This document shows, piece by piece, positions 42,259-52,590 of a stretch of 64,000 bases of DNA. The notes beneath the pieces were generated by a model. The model was not told the DNA's origin. It worked only from the letters and a program-made list of their open reading frames with translations, and did no database searches. A program made the translations under genes and the position numbers. Position 1 is the first letter of the stretch. Each line of letters begins with the position of its first letter. Origin of the DNA: an uncultured bacterium (lineage in GTDB: Bacteria > Zhuqueibacterota > QNDG01 > DTFT01); NCBI GenBank assembly GCA_963736115.1, contig CAVTNR010000008.1:128001-192000 (forward strand), in the 5' to 3' direction.

Positions 42259-43089
42259 TCACGGACGCAATTTCCGTTTCGCCGGCCGATGGCCGCGCTT
42301 CATCCGCGTCCATGCGAGGCCCGCGGCCAGGGCGGCGGCCGCGAGACACCCGGCCGCGGCGAGGCTTTTCCGGGTGCGGGACGATGACGGCTTCAAGCGC
42401 AGGGGTTCCACGCTCCCGGACTGGACCATGCCGGCCCAGAAAATCGGATTGGCGCTCCTGGCGTCCGCGTTTTCCAGCCAGGCCAGTTTCGCGTCCCGGA
42501 GTGCCACATGCTTTCTGCGTCCGGCCGCGAGCCCATCGTAGTACGCGGCCACCAGGGTTGACGATGACCTGTCGTCCACGGGCCAGAGGCTCATCAGAGC
42601 GCTGTTGCATCCGGTGAGCATGAAACAGCGTCCCAGGCTGAGGTATCCGTCTCCCTCGGCCAGCACGCCCGAGCCCGTGTTGCAGGCGCTGAGCACGGCC
42701 AGGTCCGCGGAGAATCGCATTTCGTAAATTTCGTGCATGTAGAGGACGCCGTCCTGGCCTGACCCGGCATCGGGCGAGAGGATGAGGCCGGTATCCGCGT
42801 TGTTTTTCTCGTCTACGACACAATGTGTGGCGATGTGGAGGATGCCGGCTTTCGGGGCTTCCCGCTTGAAGCGGCTTTCCGTGGCCCGGCCGCCGCAATA
42901 GGCCTTACCGTGCGCGCGGCCCGCGACCGCGGTGACTTCCCGTTCCGCCCAGCTCAGGCGTATCATGGCCGGCCTTGCGGAATCCGCGGGGGCCTTGCTT
43001 TTAATCGAACGGGAAACGGGACCGGAACCGCCGCAGGACCACAGCAGCAGGACCGCGGCTGAACCGATGAGGACAAGGGGGATTCGGAT
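42259..43089 (-). CDS. lipoprotein carrying the catalytic caspase-like half of a CHAT domain plus C-terminal TM
   Basis: Lipobox LWSC; AEREV; ATESRFK; ILHIATHC; LAVLSACNTG; MSLWPVDD; PIFWAG. Start inferred at an ATC codon after AAGGAG. Confidence 0.82.
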   Translation of the reverse strand: MRIPLVLIGSAAVLLLWSCGGSGPVSRSIKSKAPADSARPAMIRLSWAEREVTAVAGRAHGKAYCGGRATESRFKREAPKAGILHIATHCVVDEKNNADTGLILSPDAGSGQDGVLYMHEIYEMRFSADLAVLSACNTGSGVLAEGDGYLSLGRCFMLTGCNSALMSLWPVDDRSSSTLVAAYYDGLAAGRRKHVALRDAKLAWLENADARSANPIFWAGMVQSGSVEPLRLKPSSSRTRKSLAAAGCLAAAALAAGLAWTRMKRGHRPAKRKLRP

Positions 43090-43150
43090 GACCGTTCTCC
43101 TTGAAGGGCGGGCCCCCGCTCGCCGCGGGAGTGCGGGGGAAAAGTTCCGG

Positions 43151-43951
43151 CTACGGACCGGGCGCGTTCCGCCGCAGGCGTCCGGCCAGTTCGGCGGATT
43201 CCCGGCTGAACGGTCCTCCCACGAGGCGGAGGGTGTCGAGCAGGGCCAAAGCGTCTTCGGTTTCACCCTGCCGGACGTGGCAGAGCGCCGCGTACCAGGC
43301 GGCCTGCAGTTCCCAGTCGCTTCCGCGGCTGAGCGCCGCTTCCCTGAGATGGGACAGGGCCGAGCGGGTGTCGTTCATGGCCAGGCTGGAGATTCCCGCG
43401 TAGAAATGCGCGGTCGCGTTCTCCGGTTCGCGGGCCAGAAGGGTTTCGAGCATGATACGGGAGCCCTGGTAATCGCCGGCATCGTATTCGGCCATCGCGT
43501 TTTCCAGCCATCCGGCCGGTTCCTGACTGCGGAACAGAGGGACGGTGTTCGGATACGGCTTGAAATAGGAGTCGAACAGGCTGTTCGTTTCCGGTCCGCG
43601 GGAAAGGACGGTCAGGAGCACAACGGCCGTAACCGGAATCAGCGCGGCCAAACCCAGAACCCAGACTCTGCCGCGCCTGCGTTCCGGAGTCCGGGACAGG
43701 CGCGACGCCCTCGCGCGAAGCTTGAGTTCCGAGACGGTTTTACCGGCAGTTACCGGATCCCCGGCCGCTTCCATGCCGTCCATGGCCTCGGAACAGAACA
43801 GGCAAGCCGCCAGGTGCTCCTCGATTTCGCGATGATCCGCGGCCGTGCCGCGGCCGGACGCGTAAGCCGCGAACTGGTCGAAGCTCAGGCATTGCGTCTG
43901 CCGGAATATGCCGCACACGGGCAGGGCCGGCTTCCGGACGTTTTTCTTCAT
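43151..43951 (-). CDS. zinc-finger anti-sigma factor with TM and extracytoplasmic TPR domain
   Basis: HLAACLFC; TM; LFDSYFKPYPN; FYAGIS; AAWYAAL; ATGA overlap with the sigma gene. Confidence 0.85.
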   Translation of the reverse strand: MKKNVRKPALPVCGIFRQTQCLSFDQFAAYASGRGTAADHREIEEHLAACLFCSEAMDGMEAAGDPVTAGKTVSELKLRARASRLSRTPERRRGRVWVLGLAALIPVTAVVLLTVLSRGPETNSLFDSYFKPYPNTVPLFRSQEPAGWLENAMAEYDAGDYQGSRIMLETLLAREPENATAHFYAGISSLAMNDTRSALSHLREAALSRGSDWELQAAWYAALCHVRQGETEDALALLDTLRLVGGPFSRESAELAGRLRRNAPGP

Positions 43952-44514
43952 TTTTCCCCTCCCGCGAAACGGGTTGCCGCAATCTTCAGGTTTCTTCTTC
44001 CGTTCTGGATACTGCTTTTCACCTGCCTGACCGGGACGCCCATGATTTCCGCGATTTCCCGGTAGGACTTCCGTTTCAGGTAAAAGAGCTCGACGCACGT
44101 TCTCTGCTCCCCGTCCAGTCCGGCGAGCAGGGTCTCGCAGTCCGGAAGATCCCTGCCTGTAAGATTCAAAAAGTCCCCGTTTTCCACAACCGCGGCGTCC
44201 TTTTCCATCAGCGGCCTGAAAATCATTTTCAGGCGCGAGGCCTTGCGGAGCCGCATCAGGCAGTGGTTTTTCGTGACCGCGTGCAGCCAGGCCGGCACAT
44301 TGGAGACCCGGTGTTTCCCGGCCTCGGACAGGAGTTTGTGGAAGATGTCCATGACCGCGTCCCTGCATTCCTCCTCGTCTTTCAGGTATTTCCGGCACAC
44401 GAGGAAAATTGTGTGGCTGTAGCGCAGGAACCAGGATTCCACGGTAGCGGCGTCGGGTACGGTGAGCTCTTGGGAAGGTGAGGAAGATTCGGATTTACCG
44501 AATGGAATTCGCAT
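43948..44514 (-). CDS. ECF sigma factor (Bacteroidota-type)
   Basis: CRKYLKDEEECRDAVMDIF; WLHAVTKNHCL; QRTCVELFY..SYREIA..VKSSIQNGRRNL. Confidence 0.92.
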   Translation of the reverse strand: MRIPFGKSESSSPSQELTVPDAATVESWFLRYSHTIFLVCRKYLKDEEECRDAVMDIFHKLLSEAGKHRVSNVPAWLHAVTKNHCLMRLRKASRLKMIFRPLMEKDAAVVENGDFLNLTGRDLPDCETLLAGLDGEQRTCVELFYLKRKSYREIAEIMGVPVRQVKSSIQNGRRNLKIAATRFAGGEK

Positions 44515-44799
44515 GAAGTCCTGACAGTCGTTCTGGACGGGGAGAATACCTAAATTTATATTCCAAATGAACTTAAATGTAAAACTGTTTTTTGAAAAAT
44601 GCAACAGGAAAAATAATATTTATGGAATCCGGGGATTTCCCGCATCTATCATTTATGGACAGGACGCATTCGGATATCCGTTCCAGGTCCATGCAGAAGC
44701 AATAGAGGATGGATTTCCGGACTTCTTCGGCGGGAGAGGATCGTTCCGGAAAACCATACGTTGATACAACCCCCGGGAGGGGGGTCATAGGGAGAGAGA

Positions 44800-44842
44800 A
44801 AAACCACCCGTCTGAGAGGGAGCAGGCGGGTGGCTTTTTTTT
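44800..44842. terminator. bidirectional terminator
   Basis: A-run CCACCCG...CGGGTGG then T run. Confidence 0.65.
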
Positions 44843-44874
44843 AATATCGGGTCAAATTTGTAATCTTGTCATAG

Positions 44875-45100
44875 ATAGTTCATGGTTCATAGTTCATAGT
44901 TCAGCTGAAGGTCCGAAATGCCGAGTCCCGCCCCCGGATCCAGTCCGTGGCAAGCCATGCGGGACGAGGCTTTCGGACATCCGTTAAGAAAAGTCCGATA
45001 GCCTCGCTGAGGATATGCTCGGCATATCGGACCTACAATGCTTTTTTTACTATGAACCATGAACTATGAACTATGAACTATGAACAATGAACCATGAACT
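44875..45100. repeat. composite repeat: heptamer arm, inverted REP pair, inverted heptamer arm
   Basis: Arms 44875-44902 and 45049-45100; GTCCGA..TCGGAC palindromes 44911-44979 and 44993-45037. Confidence 0.85.
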
Positions 45101-45104
45101 TTTT

Positions 45105-47802
45105 TTAAAGAGTAAACCAGTAACTCGCCTTCACCAGGAAAACGTTCTCCGCGGCGGCGGACGAGAGGGCGTCGAGGTTTTCGGACACCGATTGCTCCCA
45201 CAAGTCCGTCCAGCTCGTCCGGCCCTGCGACCACACCGCGTACAGCACCGATCCCGGCCTGTATTCCCATCTCAGCACAAGGTTCGAGCGGAATTCGCGG
45301 AAGCTGAAGGACGGGTCGTAGAATCTGTATTCCGGCCCGCCGGATTCGGTCACCCAAAGCGTCTGGTCCGCCTCAAGCCGGACGATTTCATCCTTTCCGA
45401 CCTCCCTGAAGCGTTCCTTCCCGGAAATTGCCAGAGGCGAGAGCACCCGCTTGTAATCCGAGTACCGTCCCGTGGAAATGAACGGGCTCCCGTAGAATTG
45501 CACCGAAAAGTCCGGAGTCGCGTACCAATTGAGCCGAAAGGTCGCGGACAGGGTTTTCTGGTCGATGCGGCCGAGCACGTACAGGGTTTCGCCCGGGGAC
45601 CCTTCCACGGTCGTGGCGTACTGCAGGTTCTGGATGTTCCGCGAATGGCTGAAGTCGGCGGACAAAGAAACGCGGTCCGCCGCGCGCCACGAGAATCCCG
45701 CGGACGGTTCGTGCAGTTCCGATACGCCGCCGCCGAAAAAGTGCGCGTGGTCCGAGATCCGGGCGCTGAAGGGTTTGCCGCCGTCGCTCGACACGCTCGC
45801 GGAGACGCAGATCAGGCCGGGCATGCGGAAGGCCGGGCCGCCCCTGAGCATGCGCGTGTCCGCGTACGGCCGCAGGTGGTTGAATCCCGCGTTGAAACCC
45901 CAGCGGTTGTGAAAGGCGCCGCCGAACGAAAGGCCGGTTCCGTCGCTGGTCGAAAGCCCGCCGAAGTCCCAGTTGTTCCACTGGCTGAAATAAACGGACC
46001 AGGAGCGCAGGATTTTGCCCGGGTCGGTCTGGCTGTATTCCACGGACGCGCTGTTCGCCAGCACGTCGGCCTGCTGCAGCCAGCCGATGTCGTTGAGGTC
46101 GAGTCCCGGCGAGTACCAGTGGAACGCGTTTTTCCACCGGAGCTTGCTGTTTCCGGCCCGGCCGAAAGACAGGAATCCGCCGTGGCCGGAAAGCGACTCC
46201 GCGAGGGAATCCACTGTGACGTGACCCGCGTCCGGCCGCTGAAAGAAGTGCACGGCTCCGGTCTGGGCCCGGAGCATGGCTTCCGCGTCCCCCGACAGCC
46301 GGCTGGCGAACACGCGCGCCTCGGCCAGGTAGTTCCGGTTCGCGAGATAATGGCTGAATTCGAGGCCGCCGGTCTGTGCAGATCGGGGCATGAAGCGGAG
46401 GTGCCGGTCGTCGATGATCCGGTTAACGGATGTCGCGATGCCGCCCAGGCTCGTGGTGCCCTTGTCCCAGTCCTTTTTCAGCCTGGCCATGACATAATTC
46501 GTGACCGGCTCGACCGCGGTTTTCTCCTCCCCGGAACCCGGGCCGCCGGGAGAGATGCGGGCCGTTTCCCTCTGCGTCACGCTCTGCAGAACGCCGAGCG
46601 AGAGCCCGTCCACGGTCTTGCCCGTGACCTTCACGGCGTTCAGAATGGTGGTGTTCTCCGGCATTTTAACGTAGCCGTCCGGCACGAAGGGCGTGTATGA
46701 CGGCGCGTGGCCGACACGGCGCGAGTAGAACAGATCGGCGCCGTCCCCTCCCGCGTCGAAGGTCATGAGGTTTCGGCCCTCCAGAAAGAAGGGCCGCTTC
46801 TCGGAGTAGAATGTCTCGAAGGCCGACAGGTTCATCACCGACGGGTCCGCCTCCACCTGGCCGAAGTCCGGGTTGAACGCGGCGTACGAGCGTGATGTCC
46901 GTGGTGAGCCCGATCTTCGCGTCCAGGCCCAGCATGCCCGACACGTCCGACCCGTCATGGAACGGGTCGCCCGGCGCCGCCGGTTTCGCGTCGATACGGC
47001 CCAGGCCGTAGGGCAGAATCTCGACGCGGCGCGAGCGTTTCAGCCCCTTGATGCCGCGCAGTTCGCCGATGTGGTAGAACCGGCCGTTGTTGTTGCGCGG
47101 AATGAGGTTCCACTGGTCCTCCTCCTGGTTCCGGTCCAGCCAGCGCCAGGCGTGCATGCCCCAGACCTGTTCCTCCTGGGGGCCGTAGCGGAGCTGGCTC
47201 AGGGGAATGCGGAACTCGGAGGTCCAGGCGGAGTCTTCCGTTCCGACTTTTCCCTCCCAGACCGCGTCCCAGTTCATGTCCCACTGGCAGTCGCGCTCCG
47301 CGTTCATCAGCAGAAGGTCGATCTTGCCGCCCCCGGCCGTGAGGTCGAATTCGAAGCCCTGGCGTTTCGACCCGTAGCTGTCGAAGCAGATGCCCACGAC
47401 GTCGCCCGTCATTTCGTCGCGCCGCGACACGAACCGGTGCATCAGGGACGGATCGTCGAAGGCGCGGATGGCGAAATAGACGTTGTCGTCGTCGTACAGG
47501 ATGTTCATCTCGGTTTTCGCCGTGGGCGGCGCGTTCTCGGTAGGAATCTGCATGAGAAAATCACCATGCCATTCGCCCTCGGCCCAGCAGGCGTCGTCGA
47601 GTTTTCCGTCGATCACGGGCGGAGGCGACTGAAATCGCCGGGTCTCGTACACGCGCACCGGGTACACGCGGCCGAAGCGGTTCCCGGGAGCCGGGTTCAG
47701 GCTGTCCGGCGCCTGCCCGGAAAGCGGAAAAGCGGCCGTGAAAAGGCCCGCGGCCGTCAGCAGGGCTGCGGGAACGGACAGGATGGGTCGGGTCGAACGC
47801 AT
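45105..47802 (-). CDS. CBM9-like + DUF5916 outer-membrane protein with one frameshift near 46886
   Basis: PVIDGKLDD..W; WTSEFRIPLSQLRY; NPDFGQVEADP; EKRPFF; LFYSRR; VLRWEYRPGS. Removing one base restores TLDAAFNPDF. Confidence 0.85.
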
Positions 47803-48009
47803 CGGATCTCCTGGTCTGTTGGGATGAACAGTGTCCCTTCCGTGACAGGGGATAATATAAGCAACACGCTCATATCCGGCAAGTAAAAGGATGTAATAAA
47901 CTTCGGGTCCGCGGAATGGGAGAAAGGGCTTGATTTTATCGGAAGCGGGGGCTAATTTGACTTCGGGCGGCCGCATCCGCGGCGCCCGGTTTTCACAAGG
48001 AGGGTTGAT

Positions 48010-48483
48010 ATGAACAGTTACCGCATGCTTCCGGTCCTGGTTCTCAGCCTGGCCGTCACTGTCCCGGTCCTCGGACAGACGGCCGATTCCGCGGCTGTTC
48101 CGGCCGTGGTCCCGGACATCGTTTCCGAATCCGCTCCGGATTCGGTGCCGCCGAAAACCCCGATGCGTTCTCTCACCATAGAGAACAACACGGACGTTTT
48201 CACCTCGGTCCGCATCCGCATCCTGCCCGCGGATACGACAGCCGCCTCGCTGGAGATACCGGCCGGCGGGAAAGAGACGGCGCGCCTTCCGAACGGGAAA
48301 TACGTGGAACTGATCCGTTTCGGGTCCGATTCCACCGAGTACCGGTACGGCAAAGGCGAGGGATTCGAGCTGGCCGCCCCCGGGCCGAACCAGTGGATCG
48401 AGGCGACTCTGACGCTCGACGGCCTGGAGGAGGGCAATTACCGCCAGGACGACACGACTGCCGAGGAGTTTGAGGCTAAATGA
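48010..48483 (+). CDS. secreted hypothetical protein
   Basis: AAGGAGG RBS; signal peptide; beta-rich acidic domain. Confidence 0.7.
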   Translation: MNSYRMLPVLVLSLAVTVPVLGQTADSAAVPAVVPDIVSESAPDSVPPKTPMRSLTIENNTDVFTSVRIRILPADTTAASLEIPAGGKETARLPNGKYVELIRFGSDSTEYRYGKGEGFELAAPGPNQWIEATLTLDGLEEGNYRQDDTTAEEFEAK

Positions 48484-48526
48484 CATCCGACCCCGGGGTC
48501 GATTTTACGAATAAGGAGAAACAACC

Positions 48527-49375
48527 ATGCGCTGGATAGGTCGAAGGCAGAGCGAGAACGTCGAGGACAGAAGGGGCATGTCGCCCAAGACCATGGTCGG
48601 CGGCGGCCTCGGAACCCTCGTCATCCTGATCATCGTGTTTCTGCTCGGCGGCAATCCCCTCGAACTCCTGCAGAACATGCCGGATGCGGAAACGGGCATG
48701 GTTGATCAGACCACGAGCCAGGAGGACAACGAGCTGGCCCAGTTCGCCAAGGTCGTGATGGCCGATACCGAGGACATCTGGGGCAAGCTGTTCCAGCAGG
48801 CGGGCAGCCAGTACCAGCCGCCCGTGCTCGTGCTGTACACCGACATGGTGCAGTCCGCGTGCGGATACGGCAGCGCGGCCACGGGCCCGTTCTACTGCCC
48901 GGGAGACAACCGGGTGTACATCGACCTTTCCTTCTACCGCGACCTGCAGACGCGCTTTCAGGCGCCTGGCGATTTCGCCATGGCCTATGTCATCGCGCAC
49001 GAGGTCGGCCACCACATCCAGAACCTGCTGGGCGTCAATGACAAGGTCATGGCGGTGCGCGAGCGCGTCGACGAGCGCACGTACAACCGGTACAGCGTGG
49101 CCATGGAGCTCCAGGCCGATTTCTTCTCCGGCATCTGGGCGCATTACGACCAGAAGCTGAACAACGTGCTCGAGGAGGGCGACCTGGAGGAGGCCCTGAA
49201 CGCGGCTTCTGCTGTCGGCGACGACCGCATTCAGAAGCGCACGCGTGGCACGGTCGTGCCCGACGCGTTCACGCACGGCACGTCGGAGCAGAGGCGCATG
49301 TGGTTCGAAAAGGGATTCAAGACCGGCGACCTGAGCCAGGGCGACACCTTCGCGGCGTACGGGTTAGAGTTGTAA
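48527..49375 (+). CDS. ypfJ: neutral zinc metallopeptidase, YpfJ family
   Basis: RQSENVEDRRG; GPFYCPGD; AHEVGHH; ELQAD; FTHGTS. Confidence 0.92.
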   Translation: MRWIGRRQSENVEDRRGMSPKTMVGGGLGTLVILIIVFLLGGNPLELLQNMPDAETGMVDQTTSQEDNELAQFAKVVMADTEDIWGKLFQQAGSQYQPPVLVLYTDMVQSACGYGSAATGPFYCPGDNRVYIDLSFYRDLQTRFQAPGDFAMAYVIAHEVGHHIQNLLGVNDKVMAVRERVDERTYNRYSVAMELQADFFSGIWAHYDQKLNNVLEEGDLEEALNAASAVGDDRIQKRTRGTVVPDAFTHGTSEQRRMWFEKGFKTGDLSQGDTFAAYGLEL

Positions 49376-49378
49376 ATA

Positions 49379-49696
49379 AGTTCATAGTTCATGGTTCATA
49401 GTTCATAAAAAAATCATAAGGGGGGTGTCATTCCCGCATTCTTTAAGCGGGAATCCAGGGGTGGGGTGGAAAGTAGGCCGAGTCGCGGCGCGCGGTTTTT
49501 TGCGCGGCTATCGGACAACTCCGTGTCCGGTTGAAGGTATGGTAGCCGCAACCCTTCAATATTCTCAAGATATAATGGTTTGGTCCCGTTCATCGGGGCT
49601 TTAGGTTGCGCTGGTCAGCTTTTATAGATCCGAAATGCCGGGTCCCGCCCCCGGATCAAGTCCGGGGCAAGCTTTGCGGGACGAGGCTTTCGGACA
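49379..49696. repeat. cluster of several palindromic repeat families
   Basis: Heptamers 49379-49406; GTCATTCCC repeat 49427-49458; REP 49473-49517; interrupted GTAG REP 49542-49610; REP with CCCCGGATCAAGTCCGGGG insert 49625-49696. Confidence 0.75.
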
Positions 49697-49730
49697 TTTC
49701 CTTCTAATACTTCAAGGATCGGACACTGCC

Positions 49731-52250
49731 ATGAGAACATTTCATCGGATCGCAGCCGCAGCACTGTTGACCGCCCTGTTCTACATTTTGCCGGCAGCCA
49801 TTCAGGCCTCAGACCGCATCGAATCCCTCCTGGGCCGCATGACCCTCGGGCAGAAAATCGACTTCATCGGCGGTTACGAGGGTTACTGCATCCGTCCGAT
49901 GCCCGAACTGGGCATACCGCAGATTCTCATGGCGGACGGTCCGCTCGGCGTGCGGGGCAAGACGCCGTCCACGGCCTTTCCGGCCTCCATCGGTCTGGCC
50001 GCTTCATTTGACACGTCCCTGGCGCGGCGCTACGGCGCGGCCATCGGTATGGAGTCGCGGGCGAAAAACGTGCACATCCTGCTCGGCCCTGCCATGAACA
50101 TTCACCGCGCTCCCATGTGCGGCCGCAATTTCGAGTACCTCGGCGAAGACCCCCTGCTCGCGGGCCGCATCGCGGTGCCGTACATCCACGGCCTTCAGGC
50201 GCAGGGCGTCATGGCCACGGCCAAGCATTTCGCGGCCAACAACCAGGAATGCGACCGGAACAACGTGTCGTCCGACATGGACGAACGCACGCTCCGCGAA
50301 ATCTACCTGCCCGCGTTCAAAGCCTCCGCTGTGGAGGGCAATGTCGCGGCCTTCATGACGTCGTACAATCTCCTCAACGGCGTGCACGCGTCCCAGCACG
50401 ACCAGCTGATCAACCGGATACTGAAAGAGGAGTGGGGTTACGACGGTATCGTGATGTCCGACTGGACCTCGGTGTACGACGGTGTGGCCGCCGCGGCAGG
50501 CGGCCTCGACCTCGAGATGCCGTCCGGAAAGATGATGTGCCGCGACACGCTTCTGCCCGCCTTCCGGTCCGGCAGACTCGCGGAATCCGTGATCGACGAC
50601 AAGGTCCGCCGTATTCTGCGTCAGTATGAGCGCTTCGGGCTTCTGGACAACGCTGAACTGGCCAAAGGATACAGCCTCGACTCATCCTTCGTCCGTTCCG
50701 TGGCTTTAGACGCGGCCAGGGGCGGCATCGTGCTTCTGAAGAACGATTCCGGGCTCCTGCCGCTCAATTCCAGAACGATCCGCCGCGTCGCGATCATCGG
50801 CCCGAACGGCCACCCTGCGGTCACGGGCGGAGGCGGCAGTTCACAGGTCACTTCAGCCGTTTCCCTGTCCCTTGTCGAAGCGGTGAGGAAAATCGCGGGC
50901 CGGGATGCGGTCGTGTCGCATGAAAGCGGGCTGATTCCGTCCGGACCAGAGGAGGCGTCTTTCTACGAATCGTCCCGGTTCATGACCGAATCGGAAGGCA
51001 GGCCGGTGTCCGGGTTGAAAGCCGAGTTTTTCTCCTCCCGCAGGCCCGAGGGAAAGCCGGAGGCGGAAATGGTGATGCCCTTCCTGAACAAGACATTCAC
51101 GGACAGCATTCAGGGCATCAAAAAAGGCCGCCTGTTCGTCCGCTTCTCCGCGACACTAAAGCCTGAAAAGTCCGGGCCGCACCGTTTCGTGGTGTCGAGC
51201 GACGGCGGTTTCCGCCTGACCCTGGACGGCAAGCCGGTCGCGGGCATGTGGTGGGGAAGGGGAGAGAACAGCCGCGACGCGATCGTGAACCTGGAGGCCG
51301 GGCGATCCTACCCGATCGAACTCGGATACATGCAGAGGGGAGAGACGGGGACCATACGCATGGGATACGAAGGCCCGGACGCGGTGGAGGCGAAAATGGC
51401 GGCCGCAGCCGATCGGGTCCGCAAGCTCGCGGCCGAAAGCGACTGCGTGATTCTGTCCCTCGGGTTCAACCCCGAAACCGAGACCGAGGGCTCGGACCGT
51501 TCTTTCGGTCTTCCGCCCGAGCAGGAGAAGCTGGCGCTCGAAATCATACGAACAGGCGCGAACGTGATCGCGGTTCTGAACGCGGGCGGCAACGCGGACA
51601 TCGCGGCCTGGGCCGGAGGGGCGAAGGCCCTGGTACACGCCTGGTATCCGGGACAGGAGGGTAATCTCGCTGTCGCTGAAATCCTGTTCGGCCTGACGAA
51701 TCCTTCCGGAAAACTCCCGATCAGCATCGAGAAGCGCTGGGAGGACAACGCGACCTTCAACAGCTACCTCGACCCGGACGGGGACAAGAAGGTGTTCTAC
51801 TCCGAGGGCGTGTTCCTCGGGTACAGGCATTTCGACACACGCGGCGTCGAGCCCCTGTATCCCTTCGGATTCGGGATGTCGTACACGACTTTCGAGTTCG
51901 GCAAGCTGAAAGCGGACAGAAAAAAAATCAAGGACGGGGAGAGCGTGACCGTTTCCCTTGAAATAAAAAACACGGGCAAGCGGGAAGGCGCCGAGGTGGT
52001 GCAGATCTACGTGGCCGATCCTGTTTCGTCCGTTCCCAGGCCCCCGAAAGAACTCAAGGCTTTCGCGAAGGTGCACCTGTGGCCGGGGGAGAAGAAGCTT
52101 GTGACGCTCACGCTCGGCCCGGACGCGTTTCAGTTCTTCCATCCGGAGTTGAAGGCCTGGACCGCCGAACCCGGCGAGTTCTTGCTCATGGCAGGGCCGT
52201 CGTCGAGGGATATACGAGCGACGGAGAAGATCAGGCTGATCGGGGAATAA
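49731..52250 (+). CDS. GH3 beta-glucosidase with PA14 and Fn3-like domains
   Basis: ADGPLG; GRNFEY; KHF; MSDW; SDGG (PA14); EGVFLGYR; PFGFGMSYT. Confidence 0.95.
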   Translation: MRTFHRIAAAALLTALFYILPAAIQASDRIESLLGRMTLGQKIDFIGGYEGYCIRPMPELGIPQILMADGPLGVRGKTPSTAFPASIGLAASFDTSLARRYGAAIGMESRAKNVHILLGPAMNIHRAPMCGRNFEYLGEDPLLAGRIAVPYIHGLQAQGVMATAKHFAANNQECDRNNVSSDMDERTLREIYLPAFKASAVEGNVAAFMTSYNLLNGVHASQHDQLINRILKEEWGYDGIVMSDWTSVYDGVAAAAGGLDLEMPSGKMMCRDTLLPAFRSGRLAESVIDDKVRRILRQYERFGLLDNAELAKGYSLDSSFVRSVALDAARGGIVLLKNDSGLLPLNSRTIRRVAIIGPNGHPAVTGGGGSSQVTSAVSLSLVEAVRKIAGRDAVVSHESGLIPSGPEEASFYESSRFMTESEGRPVSGLKAEFFSSRRPEGKPEAEMVMPFLNKTFTDSIQGIKKGRLFVRFSATLKPEKSGPHRFVVSSDGGFRLTLDGKPVAGMWWGRGENSRDAIVNLEAGRSYPIELGYMQRGETGTIRMGYEGPDAVEAKMAAAADRVRKLAAESDCVILSLGFNPETETEGSDRSFGLPPEQEKLALEIIRTGANVIAVLNAGGNADIAAWAGGAKALVHAWYPGQEGNLAVAEILFGLTNPSGKLPISIEKRWEDNATFNSYLDPDGDKKVFYSEGVFLGYRHFDTRGVEPLYPFGFGMSYTTFEFGKLKADRKKIKDGESVTVSLEIKNTGKREGAEVVQIYVADPVSSVPRPPKELKAFAKVHLWPGEKKLVTLTLGPDAFQFFHPELKAWTAEPGEFLLMAGPSSRDIRATEKIRLIGE

Positions 52251-52258
52251 TCTACAGT

Positions 52259-52305
52259 TGCAGGTCCGATATGCCGCGCGTTTTTCTCCGCGCGGCTATC
52301 GGACA
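52259..52305 (+). repeat. GTAG/GTCCGA REP palindrome
   Basis: GCAGGTCCGATATGCCGCGCG-loop-CGCGCGGCTATCGGACA. Confidence 0.7.
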
Positions 52306-52590
52306 TCTCCGGATTCCGGGTTACAGGGGGGGTGTCAACCCCATAAAATGGACCAAGCTATTATATTTGTAAATTATTGAAGGCCCGAAATCTGTTATCG
52401 GGGATCCAGGACTGGGCGGACAATGAAAGGAAGAATGTGACCTTCTGACAGAAGGTTGCCTTTTTCCTGGTTCCGTAGCGATGACGCGGTGCGTCGCCCG
52501 TATTTGGGATTCAGGTTCCGCTGCGAGGAACCAAGCTATTCGTTATTTTTAGTCATTGAAGGCCTCAGCCTTTCATCCTCCGGAAAAAAC

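Noticed and set aside
42248-42898. ORF-track 1017-aa version of the TPR protein
   Set aside because: The extra 217 aa are an Arg/Pro/Gly-rich alternative frame over the catalytic CHAT gene. The ATG at 42247 follows that gene's stop and precedes a TM.
44567-44764. 65-aa ORF divergent from the ECF sigma
   Set aside because: No clear RBS or motif; the downstream hairpin is explained as a terminator for the opposite-strand gene.
52380-52590. Cobalamin riboswitch upstream of the B12-binding gene
   Set aside because: No B12-box or GGGAA/CCC(G)CAACTGT core was recognisable by eye; an Rfam scan would settle it.
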